The notes below the pieces were generated by a model. It did not search any database and was not told the origin of the DNA. It saw only the letters and a list, made by a program, of their open reading frames with translations. The position numbers and the translations under genes were made by a program. From positions 15,190,001-15,254,000 of the forward strand of contig OZ024744.1 in NCBI GenBank assembly GCA_964016885.1: a DNA stretch of 64,000 bases, given 5' to 3'. This stretch comes from Eledone cirrhosa (lineage: Eukaryota). Each line of letters opens with the position of its first letter. The stretch's first letter is position 1. This document shows positions 20,420 to 38,500 of the stretch, one piece after another.

Positions 20420-23400
20420 ACACTCTCTCTCTCTCACATAAACTCTCTCTCTCTCTCTCTCACATATACTCTCTCTCTCTCTCATATACACTATCTCATA
20501 CATATACTCTCTCTCTCTCACATATTCACTCTCTCTATCTCTCACATATACACTCCCTCTCTCTATCTCACATATACACTCTCTCTCTCTCCCTCTCACT
20601 TATACACTCTCTCTCTCTCATATACACTCTCTCTCTCTCACTTATACACACCCTCTCTCTCTCACATGTACACTCTCTCTCTCTCGCACATATACACTAT
20701 CTCTCTCTCTCTCTCTCTCACATATACACTCTCTCTCTCTCTCTCACATATACACTCTCTCTCTCTCTCACATATACTCTCTCTCTCTCTCTCTCTCTCA
20801 CATATACACACTCTCTCTCTCTCGCACATATACACTATCTCTCTCTCACTCACGTATACACTTTCTTTCTCTCACATATACACTCTCTCTCTCTCTCTCT
20901 CACATATACACACTCTCTCTCTCACATATACACTCTCTTTCTCTCACATATACACTCTCTCTCTCTCTCTCTCTCACATATACACTCTCTCTCTCTCGCA
21001 CATATACACATTCTCTCTCTCTCTCTCTCACATATACACTCTCTCTCTCTCACATATACACTCTCTCTCTCTCTCTCTCTCACATATACACACTCTCTCT
21101 CTCACATATACACTATCTCTCTCTCTCTCACATACACTCTCTGTCTCTCTCTCTCTCACATATACACTATCTATCTCTCTCTCTCTCTCACATACACTCT
21201 CTCTCTGCTCCCTCTCTCTCTCACATATACACACTCTCTCTCTCTCTCTCACATATACACTCTCTCTCTCTCTCTCTCTCATATACACACACTCTCTCTC
21301 TCTCTCACATATACACTCCCTCTCTCTCTCACGTATACACTCTCTCTCTCTCTCTCTCTCTCACATATACACTCTCTCTCTCTCTCACATATACACTCCC
21401 TCTCTCTCTCCCATATACACTCTCTCTCTCTCACACATATACACTATCTCTCTCTCTCACAAATACACTCTCCCTCTCACTCTCTCTCTCACATATACAC
21501 TCTCTCTCTCTCACATCTAAACTCCCTCTTTCTCTCACATATACAGTCTCTCTCTCACATATACACTCCCTCTCTCTCTCACATATACACTCTCTCTCTC
21601 TCACATATACACTCCCTCTCTCTCTCACATATACACTCCCTCTCTCTCTCACATATACACTCTCTCTCTCTCTCACATATACACTCTCTCTCTCTCACAT
21701 ATACATTCCCTCTCTCTCTCTCACATATACACTCCCTCTCTCTCTCTCACATATACACTCCCCCTCTCTCTCTCACATACACACTCCCTCTCTCTCTCTC
21801 CTATACACACTCTCTCTCACATATACACTCCCTCTCTCTCTTACATATACACTCCCTCTCTCTCACATATAAACATCCTCTCTCTTTCTCACTTACACAC
21901 TCTCTCTCACATATACACTCTCTCTCTCTCTCTCTCACATATACACTCTCAATCTCTCACATATACACTATCTCTCTCACGTAAACTCTCTCTCTCTCTC
22001 ACACATATACACACACTCTCTCTCTCTCTCTCTCTCTCTCTCACATGTACACTCTCTCTCTCTCTCACATATACATTCCCCCTCTCTCTCTCACAGATAA
22101 ACTCTCTATCTCTCACATATATACTCCCTCTCTCACACACACATATACACTCTCTCTCTCACACACATACACTCTCTCACACACACGTATACACTCTCTC
22201 ACACATATATACTCTCTCACACACACATATACACTCTCTCACACACACAAATACACTCTCTCACACACACACATATACACTCTCACACACACATATACAC
22301 TCTCACACACACACACATATACACTCTCTCACACACACATATACACTCTCTCACACACATATACACTCTCTCTCTCACATGCACATACACTCTCTCACAC
22401 ACATATATACACTCTCTCACACACACATATACACTCTCTCACACACACACATACACTCCCTCACACACACACATACACTCTCTCACACGCACACATATAC
22501 ACTCTCTCACACACACATATGCACTCTCACACACATATATACGATCTCTCTCACACACATATACACTCTCTCACACACACACACATATACACTCTCTCAC
22601 ACACACATATACACAATCTCTCTCAAACACATATACACTCTCTCACACACACAAATACACTCTCTCACACACACATATACACTCTCTCACACACACATAT
22701 ACATTCTGACACACATATATACATTCTCTCACACATATATACACTCTCTCACACACACACATATACACTGTCACACACACATATACACTCTCTCACACAC
22801 ATATACACTCTCTCACACAAACACATATATACACTCTCTCACACACACATATGCACTCTCACACACACACATATACACTCTCTCTCACACACATATACAC
22901 TCTTTCACACACACAAATACACTCTCTCACACACACATATACACTCTCTCACACATATATACACTCTCTCACACACACATATACACTCTCTCGCACACAC
23001 ACATATACACTCTCTCACACACACATATACACTCTCTCACACACACATACACTCTCTCGCACACACACATATACAATCTCTCTCTCACACACATATACAC
23101 TCTCTCACACACACATACACTCTCTCACACACACACATATACACTCTCTCACACACACATATACACTCTCTTACTCACACACATACACTCTCTCACACAC
23201 AAACATATACACTCTCTCACACACACACATACACTCTCTCACACACACACATATACACTCTCTCACACACACACATATACACTCTCTCACACGCACATAT
23301 ACACTCTCTCTCACACACACATATACACTCTCACACACACAGATATACACTCTCTCACACGCACATATACACTCTCTCTCTCACACACACATATACACTC

Positions 23401-26400
23401 TCACACACACAGATATACACTCTCTCACACATACATATACACTCTCTCACACACACATACACTCTCTCACACACACACATATACACTCTCACACACACAT
23501 ATACACTCTCTCACACACACATATACACTCTCTCTCACACACACATATACAGTCTCTCACACACACACATATACACTCTCTCACACACACATATACACTC
23601 TCTCTCACACACACATATATACTCTCACACACACATATACACTCGCTCACACACATACATATACACTCTCTCACACACACATATACACTCTCTCACACAC
23701 ACATATATACACTCTCTCGCACACACACATACACTCTCTCACACGCACACATATACACTCTCTCACACATACATATACACTCTCTCACACACAAATATAC
23801 ACTCTCTCACACACACACACAAACACTCTCGCACACACACACACACATATACACTCTCTCACAGACATATACATTCTCTCACACACACACACATATACAC
23901 TTTCACACACACACATATACACTCTCTCACACACACACATATACACTCTCACACACACACATATACACTCTCTCTCACACACATATACACTCTGTCACAC
24001 ACACATATACACTCTCTCTCTCTCACATATACTCTCTCTCTCTCTCATATACACTCTCTCACACATATACTCTCTCTCTCTCTCTCTCTCACATATTCAC
24101 TCTCTCTATCTCTCACATATACACTCCCTCTCTCTCTCTCACATATACACTCTCTCTCTCTCTCTCTCCCTCTCACTTATACACTCTCTCTCTCTCATAT
24201 ACACTCTCTCTCTCACTTATACACTCCCTCTCTCTCTCTCACATGTACACTCTCTCTCTCTCGCACATATACACTATCTCTCTCTCTCTCTCTCTCACAT
24301 ATACACTCTCTCTCTCTCTCACATATACACTCTCTCTCTCTCTCTCTCTCTCACATATACACACTCTCTCTCTCTCGCACATATACACTATCTCTCTCTC
24401 TCTCACATATACACTCTCTCTCTCTCTCTCTCTCACATATACATACTCTCTCTTTCACATATACACTCTCTCTCTCTATCTCACATATACACACTCTCTC
24501 TCTCACATATACACTATCTCTCTCTCTCACATACACTCTCTGTCTCTCTCTCTCTCACATATACACTATTTCTCTCTCTCTCACATACACTCTCTCTCTG
24601 CTCCCTCTCTCTCTCACATATACACAGTCTCTCTCTCTCTCACATATACACTCTCTCTCTCTCTCATATACACACACTCTCTCTCTCTCTCTCTCTCACA
24701 TATACACTCCCTCTCTCTCTCACGTATACACTCTCTCTCTCTCTCTCTCACATATACACTCTCTCTCTCTCTCTCACATATACACTCCCTCTCTCTCTCC
24801 CATATACACTCTCTCTCTCTCTCACATATATACACTATCTCTCTCTCTCACATATACACTCTCCCTCTCACTCTCTCTCTCACATATACACTCTCTCTCT
24901 CTCACATCTAAACTCCCTCTTTCTCTCACATATACAGTCTCTCTCTCACATATACACTCCCTCTCTCTCTCACATATACACTCTCTCTCTCTCACATATA
25001 CACTCCCTCTCTCTCTCACATATACACTCCCTCTCTCTCTCACATATACACTCTCTCTCTCTCACATATACACTCTCTCTCTCTCACATATACATTCCCT
25101 CTCTCTCTCTCACATATACACTCCCTCTCTCTCTCTCACATATACACTCCCCCTCTCTCTCTCTCTCTCCTATACACACTCTCTCTCACATATACACTCC
25201 CTCTCTCTCTTACATATACACTCCCTCTCTCTCACATATACACATCCTCTCTCTTTCTCACTTACACACTCTCTCTCACATATACACACTCTCTCTCTCT
25301 CTCACATATACACTCTCACTCTCTCACATATACACTCTCTCTCTCTCTCTCACACATGTACACTCTCTCTCTCTCTCACATATACATTCCCCCTCTCTCT
25401 CTCACAGATAAACTCTCTATCTCTCACATATATACTCTCTCTCTCACACACACATATACACTCTTTCTCTCACACACATATACACTCTCTCACACACACG
25501 TATACACTCTCTCACACATATATACTCTCTCACACACACATATACACTCTCTCACACACACAAATACACTCTCTCACACACACATATACACTCTCTCACA
25601 CACACATATACACTCTCTCACACATACATACTCTCTCACACACACATATACACTCTCTCACACACACAAATACACTCTCTCACACACACACATATACACT
25701 CTCACACACACATATACACTCTCTCACACACACATATACACTCTCTCACACACAGATATACACTCTCTCTCTCACATGCACATACACTCTCTCACACACA
25801 CATATACACTCTCTCACACACACATATACACTCTCTCACACACACACATATACACTCCCTCACACACACACATACACTCTCTCACACGCACACATATACA
25901 CTCTCTCACACACACATAGGCACTCTCACAGACATATATACGATCTCTCTCACACACATATACACTCTCTCACACACACATATATACACTCTCTCACACA
26001 CACATATGCACTCTCACACACACACATATACACTCTCTCTCTCACACACATATACACTCTCTCACACACACAAATACACTCTCTCACACACACAAATACA
26101 CTCTCTCACACACACATATACACTCTGACACACATATATACATTCTCTCACACATATATACACTCACTCACACACACACATATACACTGTCACACACACA
26201 TATACACTCTCTCACACACATATACACTCTCTCACACACACACATATATACACTCTCTCACACACACATATGCACACTCACACACACACATATACACTCT
26301 CTCTCACACACATATACACTCTTTCACACACACAAATACACTCTCTCACACACACATATACACATTCTCACACATATATACACTCTCTCACACACACATA

Positions 26401-27400
26401 TACACTCACTCGCACACACACATATACACTCTCTCACACACACATATACACTCTCTCACACACACATACACTCTCTCGCACACACACATATACAATCTCT
26501 CTCTCACACACATATATACTCTCTCACACACACATACACTCTCTCACACACACACATATACACTCTCTCACACACACATATACACTCTCTCACACACACA
26601 CATACACTCTCTCACACACAAACATATACACTCTCTCACACACACACATACACTCTCTCACACACACACATATACACTCTCTCACACACACACATATACA
26701 CTCTCTCACACACACATATACACTCTCTCTCACACACACATATACACTCTCACACACACAGATATACACTCTCTCACACATACATATACACTCTCTCACA
26801 CACACATATACACTCTCTCACACACACACATATACACTCTCTCACACACACACATACACTCTCTCACACACACACATATACACTCTCTCACACACACACA
26901 TACACTCTCGCACACACACACATATACACTCTCACACACACATATACACTCTCTCACACACACATATACACTCTCTCTCACACACACATATACAGTCTCT
27001 CACACACACACATATACACTCTCTCACACACACATATACACTGTCTCTCACACACACATATATACTCTCACACACACACATATACACTCGCTCACATACA
27101 TACATATACACTCTCTCACACACACATATACACTCTCTCACACGCACACATATACACTCTCTCACACATACATATACACTCTCACACACACATATACACT
27201 CTCTAACACACACACAAACACTCTCGCACACACACACACATATACACTCTCTCACAGACATATACATTCTCTCACACACACACACATATACACTTTCACA
27301 CACACATATACACTCTCTCACACACATATACACTCTTACACACACACATATACACTCTCTCTCACACACATCTACACTCTGTCACACACACATATACACT
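20420..27400. repeat. Diverged ~3.3-3.6 kb tandem duplication within the satellite (CT-rich plus CA-rich block, twice)
   Basis: Rare markers recur in order: CATATTCACT 20521/24092, CTCTGCTCCC ~21204/24596, CATCTAAACT 21514/24905, CAGATAAACT 22094/25405, TACGATCT ~22540/25939, CTCTGTCA ~23990/27377. Confidence 0.85.
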
Positions 27401-30400
27401 CTCTCTCTCTCACACATATACACTCTCTCTCTCACACACATATACACTCTCTCACACACACACATATACACTCTCTCACACACACACATATACACTCTCA
27501 CACACACATATACTCTCTCACACACACACATATACTCTGTCACACACACACATATATACTCTCTCACACACATACACTCTCTCACACAAATATACACTCT
27601 CACACACACACATATACACTCTCTCACACACACACATATACACTCTCACACACACAAATACTCTCTCACACACACACATATATACTCTCTCACACACGCA
27701 TACACTCTCTCACACACATATACTCTCTCTCACACACACACACATACACTCTCACACATACACATATACACTCTCTCACACACACATATACACTCTCTCA
27801 CACACATATATATACTCTCTTACACACACACATATACACTCTCACACACCCATATACACTCTCTCACACACATATATACACTCTCTCACACACATATATA
27901 CACTCTCTCACACACACATATACACTCTCTCAGACACACACATACACTCTCTCACACACATATACACTCTCTCACACACATACATATACACACTCTCAGA
28001 CACACATATACACTCTCTCACACACACACATATACACTCTCTTACATACACATATACACACTCTCTCTCACACACATATACACTCTCTCACACACACATA
28101 TATACACTCTCTCACACACATATACACTCTCTATCACACACACATATACACTCTCTCTCAGACACACATATACACTCTCTCACACACACATATACACTCT
28201 CTCACACACACACATATACACTTTTCACACACATATACACTCTCTCACATACACATATACCCTCTCTCACACATACACATATACACTCTCACACACACAT
28301 ATACTCTCTCACACACACATATACACTCTCCCACACACACATATACACTCTCTATCTCACACACATATACACTCTCTCACACACACACATACACTCTCTC
28401 ACACACACACATATACACTCTCACACACACATATACACTCTCACACACATACATATACACTCTCACACACATACACATACACACTCTCTCTCACACACAC
28501 ATATACACTCTCTCACACACACATATACACTCTCTCACACACACACATATACACTTTTCACACACATATACACTCTCTCACATACACATATACCCTCTCT
28601 CACACACACATATACACTCTCACACACACATATACTCTCTCACACACACATATACACTCTCCCACACACACATATACACTCTCTATCTCACACACATATA
28701 CACTCTCTCACACACACACATACACTCTCTCACACACACACATATACACTCTCACACACACATATACACTCTCACACACATACACACTCTCTCTCACACA
28801 CATACACACTCTCTCTCACACACACATATACACTCTCTCACACACACATATACACTCTCTCACACACACATACACTCTCTAACACACACATATACACTCT
28901 CTCACACACACATATACACTCACTCACACACACATATACACTCTCTCACACACACATATACACTCTCACAGACACACATATACACTCTCACACACACACA
29001 TATACACTCTCTCACACATACACACATACACTCTCACACACACATATATACACTCTCTCACACACATATACACTCTCTCACACACACATATACACTCTCT
29101 CTCTCACACACATATACACTCTCTCACACACACATATACACTCTCACACACACACATATACACCCTCTCACGCACACATATACTCTCGCACACACATATA
29201 CACTCTCCCTCACACACATATACAACCTCTCACACACACATACACACTCTCACACACATACACTCTCTCCCACACACATATATACACTCTCACACACACA
29301 CATATACACTCTCTCAGAGACACACATATACACTCTCTCACACACACATATACACTCTCTCACACACACATATACACTCTCTCTCTCACACATGCACTCT
29401 CTCTATCACACACACACATACACTCTCTCCCACACACATATATACACTCTCACATACACACATATACACTCTCACACACACATATACACACTCTCAGAGA
29501 CACACATATACACTCTCTCACAGACATATACACTCTCTCACACACACACACACTCTCTCAGAGACACACATATACACTCTCTCACACACACATAACTCTC
29601 TCACACACACATATACACTCTCACACACACACATATACACTCTCACACACATACATATACACTCTCACACACAAACATATACACTCTCACACACACATAT
29701 ACACTCTCTCACACACATATATACACTCTCTCACACACACACATATACACTCTCACACACACTCACACATACACTCTCTCACACACATATACACTCGCTC
29801 ACACACACACATATACACTCTCTCACACACACATATACACTCACTCACACACACATATACACTCTCTCACACACACATATACACACTCACGCACACACAT
29901 ATACACTCTCACACACACACATATACACTCTCTCTCTCACACACATATAAACTCTCTCACACACACATATACACTCTCACACACACATATACACTCTCTC
30001 ACACACACATATACACTCTCTCTCACACACATATACACTCTCTCACACACACACATATACACTCTCACACACACACATATACACTCTCACACACACACAT
30101 ATACACTCTCTCACACACATATATATACACTCTCACACAAACACATATACACTCTCTCACACACACATACACACTCTCACACACATACACTCTCTCCCAC
30201 ACACACATATACATTCTCACACACACACATATACACTCTCTCAGAGACACACATATACACTCTCTCACACACACATATACACTCTCTCACACACACATAT
30301 ACACACTCTCTCTCACACATGCACTCTCTCTATCACACACACAGATACACTCTCTCACACACACATATACACTCTCACACACACACACATATACACTCTC

Positions 30401-31249
30401 ACACATACACATATACACTCTCACACACACACATATACACTCTCTCATACACACATACACTCTCTAACACACACATATACACTCTCACACACACGCATAT
30501 ACACTCTCTCTCTCACACACATATACACTCTCTCACACATATATACAATTCTCACGCACACACATATACACTCTCTCACACACACACACTCTCTCAGAGA
30601 CACACATATACACTCTCTCACCCACACATATACACTCTCTCACACACATATACACTCTCTCTCACACATGCACTCTCTCTATCACACACACATATACACT
30701 CTCAGACACACATATACACTCTCTCTCTCACACACATATACACTCTCTCACACACACATATACACTCTCTCACACACACACATATACACTCTCTCACACA
30801 CACACATATACACTCTCTCACACACATATATACACTCTCTCTCTCACACATGCACTCTCTCTATCACACACACATATCCACTCTCACACACACATATACA
30901 CTCTCTCTCTCACACACATATACACTCTCTCACACACACACACATATACACTCTCACACACACATATACACTCTCTCACACCCATATACATTCTCACACA
31001 CACACATATACACTCTCTCACACACACACATACACTCTCTCAGAGACAGATATACACTCTCTCACACACACATATACACTCTCTCATACACACATATACT
31101 CTCACACACACACATATACTCTCTCTCTCACACATGCACTCTCTCTATCACACACACATATACACTCTCCCTCTCACACACATATACACTCTCTCACACA
31201 CACATATACACTCTCACACACACACATATACACTCTTTCACAAACACAC

Positions 31250-34200
31250 ACATATACACTCTCACACACACACATATACACTCTCTCACACCCACATATA
31301 CACTCTCTCACACACACATACGCTCTCTAACACACACATATACACTCTCACACACACACACATATACACTCTCTCACACACATATACACTCTCTCTAACA
31401 CACATATACACTCTCTGACACACACATTTACACTCTCTCACACACACATATACACTCTCTCACACACACACATATACACTCTCACACACACACACACATA
31501 CTCTCTCTCACACACATATACCCTCTCTCACACACACACATATACACTCTCTCACACACACATATACACTCCCTCACACACATATATACACTCTCTCACA
31601 CACACATATAGACTCACACACACACACATATACACACTCTCTCTCACACACATATACACTCTCTCACACACACACATATACACTCTCACACACACACACA
31701 TATACACTCTCTCCCACACACATATACACTCTCTCACACACACATACACTCTCTAACACACACACACATATACACTCTCACACACACACATATACACTCT
31801 CTCACACACACACATATACACTCCCTCACACACACACATACACTCTCTCACACGCACACATATACACTCTCTCACACACACATATGCACTCTCACACACA
31901 TATACGATCTCTCTCACACACATATACACTCTCTCACACACACATATATACACTCTCTCACACACACACATATGCACTCTCACACACACACATATACACT
32001 CTCTCTCTCACACACATATACACTCTCTCACACACACAAATACACTCTCTCACACACACATATACACTCTCTCACACACACATATACACTCTGACACACA
32101 TATATACATTCTCTCAAACATATATACACTCTCTAACACACACACATATACACTGTCACACACACATATACACTCTCTCACACACATATACACTCTCTCA
32201 CACACACACATATATACACTCTCTCACACACACATATGCACTCACACACACACACATATACACTCTCTCTCACACACATATACACTCTTTCACACACAAA
32301 AATACACTCTCTCACACACACATATACACTCTCTCACACACACATATACACTCTCTCACACACACATACACTCTCTCGCACACACACATATACAATCTCT
32401 CTCTCACACACATATATACTCTCTCACACACACATACACTCTCTCACACACACACATATACACTCTCTCACACACACACATACACTCTCTCACACACAAA
32501 CATATACACTCTCTCACACACACACATACACTCTCTCACACACACACATATACACTCTCTCACGCACACACATATACACTCTCCACACACACATATACAC
32601 TCTCTCACACACACACATATACACTCTCACACACACAGATATACACTCACTCACACATACATATACACTCTCCCACACACACATATACACTCTCTCACAC
32701 ACACACATATACACTCTCTAACACACAGACATATACACTCTCACACACACGCATATACACTCTCTCTCTCACACACATATACACTCTCTCACACATATAT
32801 ACAATTCTCACGCACACACATATACACTCTCACACACACACACACTCTCTCAGAGACACACATATACACTCTCTCACACACACATATACACTCTCTCACC
32901 CACACATATACACTCTCTCACACACATATACACTCTCTCTCACACATGCACTCTCTCTATCACACACACATATACACTCTCAGACACACATATACACTCT
33001 CTCTCTCACACACATATACACTCTCTCACACACACATATACACTCTCTCACACACACACATATACACTCTCTCACACACACACATATACTCTCTCACACA
33101 CATACATATACACTCTCTCACACACACACATATACACTCTCTCACACACACATATACACTCTCTCTCTCACACATGCACTCTCTCTATCACACACACATA
33201 TCCACTCTCTCTCTCACACACATATACACTCTCTCACACACACACATATACACTCTCACACACACATATACACTCTCTCACACCCATATACATTCTCACA
33301 CACACACATATACACTCTCTCACACACACACATACACTCTCTCAGAGACAGATATACACTCTCTCACACACACATATACACTCTCACACACACACATATA
33401 CACTCTCTCACACCCACATATACACTCTCTCACACACACATACGCTCTCTAACACACACATATACACTCTCACACACACACACATATACACTCTCTCACA
33501 CACATATACACTCTCTCTAACACACATATACACTCTCTGACACACACATTTACACTCTCTCACACACACATATACACTCTCTCACACACACACATATACA
33601 CTCTCACACACACACACACATACTCTCTCTCACACACATATACCCTCTCTCACACACACACATATACACTCTCTCACACACACATATACACTCCCTCACA
33701 CACATATATACACTCTCTCACACACACATATACACTCACACACACACACATATACACACTCTCTCTCACACACATATACACTCTCTCACACACACACATA
33801 TACACTCTCACACACACACACATATACACTCTCTCCCACACACATATACACTCTCTCACACACACATACACTCTCTAACACACACACACATATACACTCT
33901 CACACACACACATATACACTCTCTCACACACACACATATACACTCCCTCACACACACACATACACTCTCTCACACGCACACATATACACTCTCTCACACA
34001 CACATATGCACTCTCACACACATATACGATCTCTCTCACACACATATACACTCTCTCACACACACATATATACACTCTCTCACACACACACATATGCACT
34101 CTCACACACACACATATACACTCTCTCTCTCACACACATATACACTCTCTCACACACACAAATACACTCTCTCACACACACATATACACTCTCTCACACA

Positions 34201-35500
34201 CACATATACACTCTGACACACATATATACATTCTCTCAAACATATATACACTCTCTAACACACACACATATACACTGTCACACACACATATACACTCTCT
34301 CACACACATATACACTCTCTCACACACACACATATATACACTCTCTCACACACACATATGCACTCACACACACACACATATACACTCTCTCTCACACACA
34401 TATACACTCTTTCACACACAAAAATACACTCTCTCACACACACATATACACTCTCTCACACACACATATACACTCTCTCACACACACATACACTCTCTCG
34501 CACACACACATATACAATCTCTCTCTCACACACATATATACTCTCTCACACACACATACACTCTCTCACACACACACATATACACTCTCTCACACACACA
34601 CATACACTCTCTCACACACAAACATATACACTCTCTCACACACACACATACACTCTCTCACACACACACATATACACTCTCTCACGCACACACATATACA
34701 CTCTCCACACACACATATACACTCTCTCACACACACACATATACACTCTCACACACACAGATATACACTCACTCACACATACATATACACTCTCCCACAC
34801 ACACATATACACTCTCTCACACACACACATATACACTCTCTAACACACAGACATATACACTCTCACACACACGCATATACACTCTCTCTCTCACACACAT
34901 ATACACTCTCTCACACATATATACAATTCTCACGCACACACATATACACTCTCACACACACACACACTCTCTCAGAGACACACATATACACTCTCTCACA
35001 CACACATATACACTCTCTCACCCACACATATACACTCTCTCACACACATATACACTCTCTCTCACACATGCACTCTCTCTATCACACACACATATACACT
35101 CTCAGACACACATATACACTCTCTCTCTCACACACATATACACTCTCTCACACACACATATACACTCTCTCACACACACACATATACACTCTCTCACACA
35201 CACACATATACTCTCTCACACACATACATATACACTCTCTCACACACACACATATACACTCTCTCACACACACATATACACTCTCTCTCTCACACATGCA
35301 CTCTCTCTATCACACACACATATCCACTCTCTCTCTCACACACATATACACTCTCTCACACACACACATATACACTCTCACACACACATATACACTCTCT
35401 CACACCCATATACATTCTCACACACACACATATACACTCTCTCACACACACACATACACTCTCTCAGAGACAGATATACACTCTCTCACACACACATATA
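31250..35500. repeat. Near-identical 2122-bp tandem duplication within the satellite
   Basis: Matching ORF-track entries are offset by exactly 2122: 31552/33674, 31753/33875, 31884/34006, 32236/34358, 32514/34636. Limits are approximate. Confidence 0.9.
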
Positions 35501-38500
35501 CACTCTCTCACACACACATATACTCTCTCACACACACATATACTCTCTCTCTCTCACACATGCACTCTCTCTATCACACACACATATACACTCTCCCTCT
35601 CACACACATATACACTCTCTCACACACACCTATACACTCTCACACACACACATATACACTCTCTCACAAACACACACATATACACTCTCACACACACACA
35701 TATACACTCTCTCACACCCACATATACACTCTCTCACACACACATACGCTCTCTAACACACACATATACACTCTCACACATACACATATATACACTCTCT
35801 CACACACATATACACTCTCTCTCACACACATATACACTCTCTGACACACACATATACACTCTCTGACACACACATATACACTATCTCACACACACACATA
35901 TACACTCTCACACACACACACGCATACTTTCTCTCACACACATATACCCTCTCTCACACACACACATATACACTCCCTCACACACACATATACACTCCCT
36001 CACACACATATATACACTCTCTCACACACACATATACACTCTCACACACACACATATACACACTCTCTCTCACACACATATACACTCTCTCACACACACA
36101 CATATATACTCTCACACACACATATATACACTCTCTCCCACACACATATACACTCTCTCACACACACATACACTCTCTAACACACACACACATATACACT
36201 CTCACACACACACATATACACTCTCTCACACACACACATATACACTCCCTCACACACACACATACACTCTCTCACACGCACACATATACACTCTCTCACA
36301 CACACATATGCACTCTCACACACATATATACGATCTCTCTCACACACATATACACTCTCTCACACACACATATATACACTCTCTCACACACACATATGCA
36401 CTCTCACACACACACATATACACTCTCTCTCTCACACACATATAGACTCTCTCACACACACGAATACACTCTCTCACACACACATATACACTCTCTCACA
36501 CACACATATACACTCTGACACACATATATACATTCTCTCAAACATATATACACTCTCTCACACACACACATATACACTGTCACACACACATATACACTCT
36601 CTCACACACATATACACTCTCTCACACACACACATTTATACACTCTCTCACACACACATATGCACTCTCACACACACACATATACACTCTCTCTCACACA
36701 CATATACACTCTTTCACACACAAAAATACACTCTCTCACACACACATATACACTCTCTCGCACACACATATACACTCTCTCACACACACATACACTCTCT
36801 CGCACACACACATATACAATCTCTCTCTCACACACATATATACTCTCTCACACACTCATACACTCTCTCACACACACACATATACACTCTCTCACACACA
36901 CATATACACTCTCTCACACACACACATACACTCTCTCACACACAAACATATACACTCTCTCACACACACACATACACTCTCTCACACACACACATATACA
37001 CTCTCTCACACACACACATATACACTCTCTCACACACACATATACACTCTCTCTCACACACACATATACACTCTCACACACACAGATATACACTCTCTCA
37101 CACATACATATACACTCTCCCGCACACACATATACACTCTCTCACACACACACATATACTCTCTCACACACACACATACACTCTCTCACACACACACATA
37201 TACACTCTCTCACACACACACACACTCTCTCACACACACACATATACACTCTCACACACACATATACACTCTCTCACACACACATATACACTCTCTCTCA
37301 CACACACATATACAGTCTCTCACACACACACATATACACTCTCTCACACACACATATACACTGTCTCTCACACACACATATATACTCTCACACACACACA
37401 TATACACTCGCTCACACACATACATATACACTCTCTCACACACACATATACACTCTCTCACACACACATATATACACTCTCTCGCACACACACATACACT
37501 CTCTCACACGCACACATATACACTCTCTCACACATACATATACACTCTCTCACACACACATATACACTCTCTCACACACACACAAACACTCTCGCACACA
37601 CACACACACATATACACTCTCTCACAGACATATACATTCTCTCACACACACACACATATACACTTTCACACACACACATATACACTCTCTCACACACACA
37701 CATATACACTCTCACACACACACATATACACTCTCTCTCACACACATATACACTCTGTCACACACACATATACACTCTCTCTCTCACACATATACACTCT
37801 CTCTCACACACATATACACTCTCTCACACACACACATATACACTCTCTCACACACACACATATACACTCTCACACACACATATACTCTCTCACACACACA
37901 CATATACTCTGTCACACACACACATATATACTCTCTCACACACACATACACTCTCTCACACAAATATACACTCTCACACACACACATATACACTCTCTCA
38001 CACACACAGGCATATACACTCTCACACACACAAATACTCTCTCACACACACACATATATACTCTCTCACACACACATACACTCTCTCACACACACATACT
38101 CTCTCTCACACACACACACATACACTCTCACACATACACATATACACTCTCTCGCACACACATATACACTCTCTCACACACATATATACACTCTCTTACA
38201 CACACACACATATACACTCTCACACACCCATATACACTCTCTCACACACATATATACACTCTCTCACACACATATATACACTCTCTCACACACACATATA
38301 CACTCTCTCAGACACACACATACACTCTCTCACACACATATACACTCTCTCACACACATACATATACACTCTCTCAGACACACATATACACTCTCTCACA
38401 CACACACATATACACTCTCTTACACACACATACACACTCTCTCTCACACACATATACATTCTCTCACACACACATATATACACTCTCTCACACACATATA

